Translations under genes and position numbers: made by a program
Source: Candidatus Bipolaricaulia bacterium
GTDB lineage: Bacteria; Bipolaricaulota; Bipolaricaulia; RBG-16-55-9
Assembly (NCBI GenBank): GCA_042219045.1
Contig: JBDGQO010000037.1
Coordinates: 1-47,998, forward strand
Direction: 5' to 3'
DNA length: 47,998 nt
The notes under the pieces: generated by a model
What the model saw: the letters and a program-made list of their open reading frames with translations, nothing else
What the model was told of the DNA's origin: nothing
Databases searched by the model: none
Shown: positions 44,301 through 47,998 of the stretch, piece after piece
How positions within the stretch are numbered: the stretch's first letter is position 1
Layout of the letters: every line of letters begins with the position of its first letter

Positions 44301-45810
44301 CCCGCGGAGGGCCGTACGGGGGAGGAGCGTGCAGGGTATCGGGGAGGCCCTGGGTCCGAAGACGACCGTCCTCAACGTAGCGGAGGCCTTCTCCCCCAAT
44401 CCATAGGCGCCCCCCCTCCTCTTTCCATACCGTCCACACGACCGATAGTGTTTGGGCAATCCCCAAGGGGGAGGCGTCAACCGTACCCGTCGAAATGTCA
44501 ATCCGGGCGAGCCCGCCCCGCAGGGTGCCGACCCACACCATGCCGGGATCCGAGGGCGGCTCGTGAACGGTGTACACGTTGTTCGAGGGCAGTCCTTCCG
44601 GAACGCCGTACGTAGTGGCCGGAGAGGGGCGCAGCCGATACAGACCATTCCGGTAGGTGCCCACCCAGATGTTGCCCTGGTGGTCAAACCTGAGCGCGTT
44701 GATGAGCGTGCCAGCTGAGAAGACCCGGTGCCTCTTCCGGTACAGATGCTGACCCGTCGTGCGCCAGCGCTGCCCTTTCGGCCCGTACCGCAGGAGGGGC
44801 GCCCCAATCGACCGTTCGCTCTTCGCGATGGTCGTGAGCGTCCGTCCCCGATATACGTGGTAGTTCCCATTGCTGTCCCGCATCCAGAGCGCCCCCGTAG
44901 AGTCCGCCCTGATCACGAGGGCGTGGGGGGGACCTGACGAGAGCACGCACTCGGCGCTTGGGCGGCACCGCTCGGGCGGCAAACGCTGAGCCCCACCGCC
45001 CCGAAGTGCAAAGATCCCGCGACGACTACTAACCCAGATTGTCCCCGACGGGCCCTGGTACACATCGAGCGCGTGCGCAATCTTCGTCGGGGCCACCCGC
45101 CGCACCGGTCCCAACGCGCTCCCCTCGGAGAGGGGCCACGTACCCCGCGAGCGCCAGAGCCCACTTTCCGTAGCCAACCATACGGTCCCATCCTGAGCCT
45201 CAATGGTTCGGCGGACGTGAAGCCCCTTGGTGGCTCCGAGAACGGTTCGCACCGAATCGGCCTGCAGGGCGACGGTGCCGCTTTTCGTGCTTATCCAGAG
45301 GGTGCCGTTTGTGCCCTCCGTTATTCCCACCACGCGCCGCGAAGATAGCGGAGGGGGCAGGTCCTCGGCCGTGAACGTGCCCTCGTCGATTCGAAAGCGT
45401 ACGAGTTCTGCGCTACCCGTCTTTATCCAAAGCGTACTGTCGGGCCCGCTTACGATTTCGTTGAGCCGATTGCTTGGCAGGCCGTCGTACTCGTCGGTGC
45501 GGTATACAGAAAACTCAACGCCATCGAACCGAACCAGTCCGTCATTTGTCGTTATCCACAGGTACCCTTGAGGGCCCTGAACGATGCCCTGAATGCTGTT
45601 CACTGGCAACCCGTCTTCGACGGTCCACTGCCGACGGGCGTAAGTAGGGGGACGTGGTCCCTCAGGTACGGGGCTCTCACCATCCTCAATTTTCCGTAGG
45701 ACACTGGACTCGCTTTCGGGAGCCTCTATACCGAAACTGGCCCTGCCCTCTCCATAACCAAGGGCCAATAGGAGGCCTCCGATGAGAAGCGTGATCCAGA
45801 GGAAGCGCAT
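41308..45810 (-). CDS. Hybrid two-component system: beta-propeller sensor, Y_Y_Y, TM, HisKA/HATPase, REC, AraC HTH
   Basis: WTVEDGLPVN, G.LW.GT repeats, YRLRGFD...PGTYTFEV, FFANVSHEFRTPL, NLLSNAIKFT, GVGIGL, VLVVDDN..DAMMP..KPF, VSEVAYAVGF.SLSYF. ATG at 45810. Confidence 0.95.
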   Translation of the reverse strand: MRFLWITLLIGGLLLALGYGEGRASFGIEAPESESSVLRKIEDGESPVPEGPRPPTYARRQWTVEDGLPVNSIQGIVQGPQGYLWITTNDGLVRFDGVEFSVYRTDEYDGLPSNRLNEIVSGPDSTLWIKTGSAELVRFRIDEGTFTAEDLPPPLSSRRVVGITEGTNGTLWISTKSGTVALQADSVRTVLGATKGLHVRRTIEAQDGTVWLATESGLWRSRGTWPLSEGSALGPVRRVAPTKIAHALDVYQGPSGTIWVSSRRGIFALRGGGAQRLPPERCRPSAECVLSSGPPHALVIRADSTGALWMRDSNGNYHVYRGRTLTTIAKSERSIGAPLLRYGPKGQRWRTTGQHLYRKRHRVFSAGTLINALRFDHQGNIWVGTYRNGLYRLRPSPATTYGVPEGLPSNNVYTVHEPPSDPGMVWVGTLRGGLARIDISTGTVDASPLGIAQTLSVVWTVWKEEGGRLWIGGEGLRYVEDGRLRTQGLPDTLHAPPPYGPPRGGPSKRVRVFYEDNSGRLWVGSEVGLFRREDDGTWTRFGPAQGVPESIVRVIEQVDNGALWMGTKGAGLRRYRGGTFQPVTTADGLSSNLIRSLHEGADGYLWVGTEGEGLCRIDRRGTVDLGDDRIDCLEEEDGLFDDVIHAILPDGQGRLWMSSNRGIFWVKRTQLIAAADGRLEAVDSHGYTEADDLRNREANGGGQPAAVRTTDGRLWFSTQGGVVVFDPSRLDRDRAPPPVAIEHLAVGDSTIRMPGAETASIRLAPGQRTFDVEFTGLNLREPRAASFRYRLRGFDSWQTVEDQRRAHYTDVSPGTYTFEVKAASEEGNWSRKPARLTLTIAPHWWETTWFYLLCGLALLGLGGGAYRWRVRRLEKRQEALEDDVAERTQKVRRQRDQIEAQAEKLRELDEVKSRFFANVSHEFRTPLTLILGPLRDLRTQLSVRWREQLDLVERNAQRLHDLVERLLGIARMDAGTYRLNAQPIDLGAEVRRVARRFEPLAERKELTLTVNVPSGSDSTDGATGEADRVYADPEGLEHIVGNLLSNAIKFTPEGGRVEVSGVRAADYVEIVVADTGPGIPQEQQAGIFDRFTQPGGEAEPAKQDGVGIGLAFVQDLVDLNGGTVSVESTPGEGATFTVRLPRGREHLAEEHLAADEERTPSENREERGAPEFPRPGPDRGAEGRTPNAPPTAFPPAADRESEDLEQGADRMTVLVVDDNPDLRTYLRSVLTPDFRVVEAADGREGCVRAMQGQPDCILVDAMMPETRGTEMVRRLRANRSTECIPIIMLTARAGTEEEVEGLSAGADDYVTKPFDPEVLRARVFGQIERRRRLRRRVRAELRDGSDAPRSPEDSPFRSSASGTRSGDGTDPPELKPPALEPPQMMVPIKPNEEEPTFVRKVRRAVEENLADPDLTVEEVAGEVATSRSTLYRRLKDETGQTPSQFIRQVRVEHGARLLRRGAGTVSEVAYAVGFNSLSYFGESFRKHVGVSPSEYAEKEA

Positions 45811-46277
45811 CGGGACCAATCACAGCAATTCGGAAGGACTGAGCACGCTTCATCGCTCCGGCGGAAAGTCCCGGGGTGTCCGCATCCAAACGCAACGGAT
45901 GGACCAAACGCCTCTTCCGGCACACCTCACGCTTCCCTCATCAAGTCCAAACTGGACCGTTGCACTCGGTGTAATTCGATGACGTTGAGAAATCTCGGCG
46001 GGAGGGATTCCGGACAAATTCGCTCTACCGAGCCACTCATCAATTTCGAGTGCCCTCCTCTTCGAATGGCTCCCCATCAGTTGTAATCCGTGTAGCCTAT
46101 GGGAAAACGTCCTGACGGACTCCACGGACTTCTCAAAAATATGTGCTCGGTTCCCATCATTCCCTCCCTAAAAGGAAAATCCCTGAGGTGAGCCTGATTC
46201 CTCGCCATTTAAAATACTGAAGAGGTGAAGGAACGCAAACGCTACGAACTCTCCTGAATGTCCTGGTCAATTTCCTC

Positions 46278-47660
46278 GGGGTAAATGCAAACCTAGTTGA
46301 AACAGGGAGCAGGGGTTCTTCGCCTCACTGCTACTCGTCGTCGGTGGTTGCTTCTTTTAGCGCTTGCTTGAGTCTCGGGAGATCTCGGTAACCGTCAAGA
46401 CGACGGAATCCGTCTTCTGCCTCCAACAGTGCCAGGGCCATCCACTGCTGCCGCTGCGGAGAGTGGTGCCAACGCTTCACATCGTCGATGTGGCTGTCAA
46501 CATCTCCCATGAGGCTCTCGATGCAGTTGGTGGTCTTCAGGCTTTTGCCAAGCTCGTCGAAGAGCCCGAGTCGGTGAAGCGTGAGTGTGTCCTCCAGGCC
46601 CTCCTGAAGGGAGCGAGCAGCTGTGCGGTTGATCTGCTGCAACTCGGCGTGGAGACCGGTGAGCCGTTCTTTGGCAGCTTCGTAGGTCGTCTCCTGATAG
46701 GCCCGCTGCAGTTTCCGTCGCCACGTCTTTTGGTCATCCTTTGGCAAGTAGCTGAGCACATTTTTCCGCTTGTGCCACTGGCAACGTTGAATCTCAGCTC
46801 GATCTCCGAAAATCTCGTCGATGGCCTTGCGCAGTCCCTTGCTTCCGTCGATGATGCACAAAATACCCTTCTCAAAGCTGAGTCCTCGCTTGATCAGATC
46901 CCGGAGCATTTCCTTGATCGATCGGGCGTTTTCCGTCGTCGCCTGCGTAAAGCCGAGCACCTTCTTGTAGCCGGTTTCGGTCACGCCCATGCAAACGATC
47001 ATCTGCTCACCGGCGACGTGCTTTCCGTCGATCCACAGAGCCAGGAAGTTCTCTTCCTCTAGCGAACGGTCCTCGAACTCTTGGAGAGCCTGCTGGGCCC
47101 GCTCCTGAAACCGGCGGCTGACCGAGGACTGGCTTAGGCCGAATCCGTCGACAAACTGGCTTACAACCTGCCCGTAGTCGCCTTGGGACAGACCAAGCAA
47201 GATCGCTTTTGTCAGCTCCTGGCCTACCTCAGCGTTTTTCATCGCCTGGTAGGTCTCCAGGGAGCGCTCCTCATCGGCGTCAGTGTCCCGCACCCGTGGC
47301 ACGTCAATCGGGATCTTCTCTCCGTCGATCCGAATGGAGCCGGAATTCGATCCCCATCTGCGAAAGGGAGTTCCGTCCCCCTTCCGGCTGTAGCGCTCTC
47401 CAGCAAGAGACTCGACTTCCTCTTCAAGGACCTCCTCGGCCAGAAGGCGAGCCATCTTTGCGTGATGCTGAATCAGATGAAGCTTCGTGTCGATCGGACC
47501 ATCGAGGGCCTCTCGAAGGGTCTCGGCAGTTGGCGTCTCATCGTCGAGAGAACTATGTTTGGTCATATCGGGGTTCTTCTTCGGTGATGGTTTGATGAGC
47601 TGTCCACCGGGGAAGAACCCCTTCCCTGTATCGAGTTTCAACTAGACCTGAATATATCCC
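46278..47660 (-). mobile_element. Complete IS256-family insertion sequence (1383 bp) with 9-bp target duplication
   Basis: 26-bp imperfect terminal IRs (46278-46303 and 47635-47660, 20/26 identical, core CTAGTTGAAAC); direct repeat AATTTCCTC at 46269-46277 and 47661-47669. Confidence 0.92.
46331..47566 (-). CDS. IS256-family (Mutator-type) DDE transposase
   Basis: VPRVRD, LWIDGK, CIIDGSKGL, QRCQWHK, TTNCIES. Likely start ATG at 47566. Confidence 0.93.
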   Translation of the reverse strand: MTKHSSLDDETPTAETLREALDGPIDTKLHLIQHHAKMARLLAEEVLEEEVESLAGERYSRKGDGTPFRRWGSNSGSIRIDGEKIPIDVPRVRDTDADEERSLETYQAMKNAEVGQELTKAILLGLSQGDYGQVVSQFVDGFGLSQSSVSRRFQERAQQALQEFEDRSLEEENFLALWIDGKHVAGEQMIVCMGVTETGYKKVLGFTQATTENARSIKEMLRDLIKRGLSFEKGILCIIDGSKGLRKAIDEIFGDRAEIQRCQWHKRKNVLSYLPKDDQKTWRRKLQRAYQETTYEAAKERLTGLHAELQQINRTAARSLQEGLEDTLTLHRLGLFDELGKSLKTTNCIESLMGDVDSHIDDVKRWHHSPQRQQWMALALLEAEDGFRRLDGYRDLPRLKQALKEATTDDE

Positions 47661-47998
47661 AATTTCCTCCCCCAGATAGTCGTTCTAGAGTTTAAACTCC
47701 CCGAGACGAGTCTCGCTCGATGCTTTGGTATCGGCTTCGCCCCCTCGATCAAAGCGTTCGGAGGTTCTTTCCCGAAACGCTATTCGGATCCGCATGAGCT
47801 CCTGAAGTCGGGTTTCCGACACTAAATGCAGTTTCCGTGACCTCAAATATTCCCCAGCATATAAGGGTGGCGTTCCTCTCATAGGAAAAACCGACATACC
47901 AGCTTCTAGGAGCTTTTTCCTATTCCTGTCTTGAGTTCAGGGCGATGACTGGTGTCTTGCATCTGAAGGTGAAAGGAAATATTTTCGTCCCCCTACAT

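Noticed and set aside
45850..47998. Possible gene interrupted by the IS256 element
   Set aside because: The minus-strand frames I translated on either flank are short, stop-ridden and unrecognisable; plus-strand frames were not worked through.

Overview
High-GC accessory island. The acidic cytoplasmic proteins, Rhodothermota-style T9SS C-terminal domains and an AraC hybrid two-component sensor suggest a Salinibacter-like halophile (inferred, not proven). From left to right: (i) the catalytic half of a Cre-like tyrosine recombinase and two convergent PD-(D/E)XK nuclease genes, with a 10-6-10 inverted repeat between them; (ii) a PDZ membrane protein and a 1829-aa T9SS-secreted surface protein built from four Ig+DUF4397 units; (iii) a ~29-kb minus-strand cluster holding a complete proteobacterial-type (subtype i, H3/i4a-like order) type VI secretion system, tssJKLMABC-hcp-tssEFGH-x-vgrG-MORN-PAAR, followed by envelope genes (SPOR, membrane protein, lipoprotein, beta-barrel-like, FG-GAP propeller); (iv) a hybrid sensor kinase/REC/AraC regulator; (v) a complete IS256-family element. 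Most notable: TssG is fused to two cyclic-nucleotide-binding-like domains; a 45-bp operator-like motif (36/45 identical, 21-bp periodicity) is shared by the T6SS promoter region and the giant T9SS protein promoter region; VgrG carries an internal Lys-rich low-GC insertion and a 12-heptad C-terminal tail; the PAAR has no Arg or Lys; and a deletion scar joins a PID-CTERM-like gene to a T9SS-CTD remnant. All family assignments come from motif recognition by eye; no searches were run.
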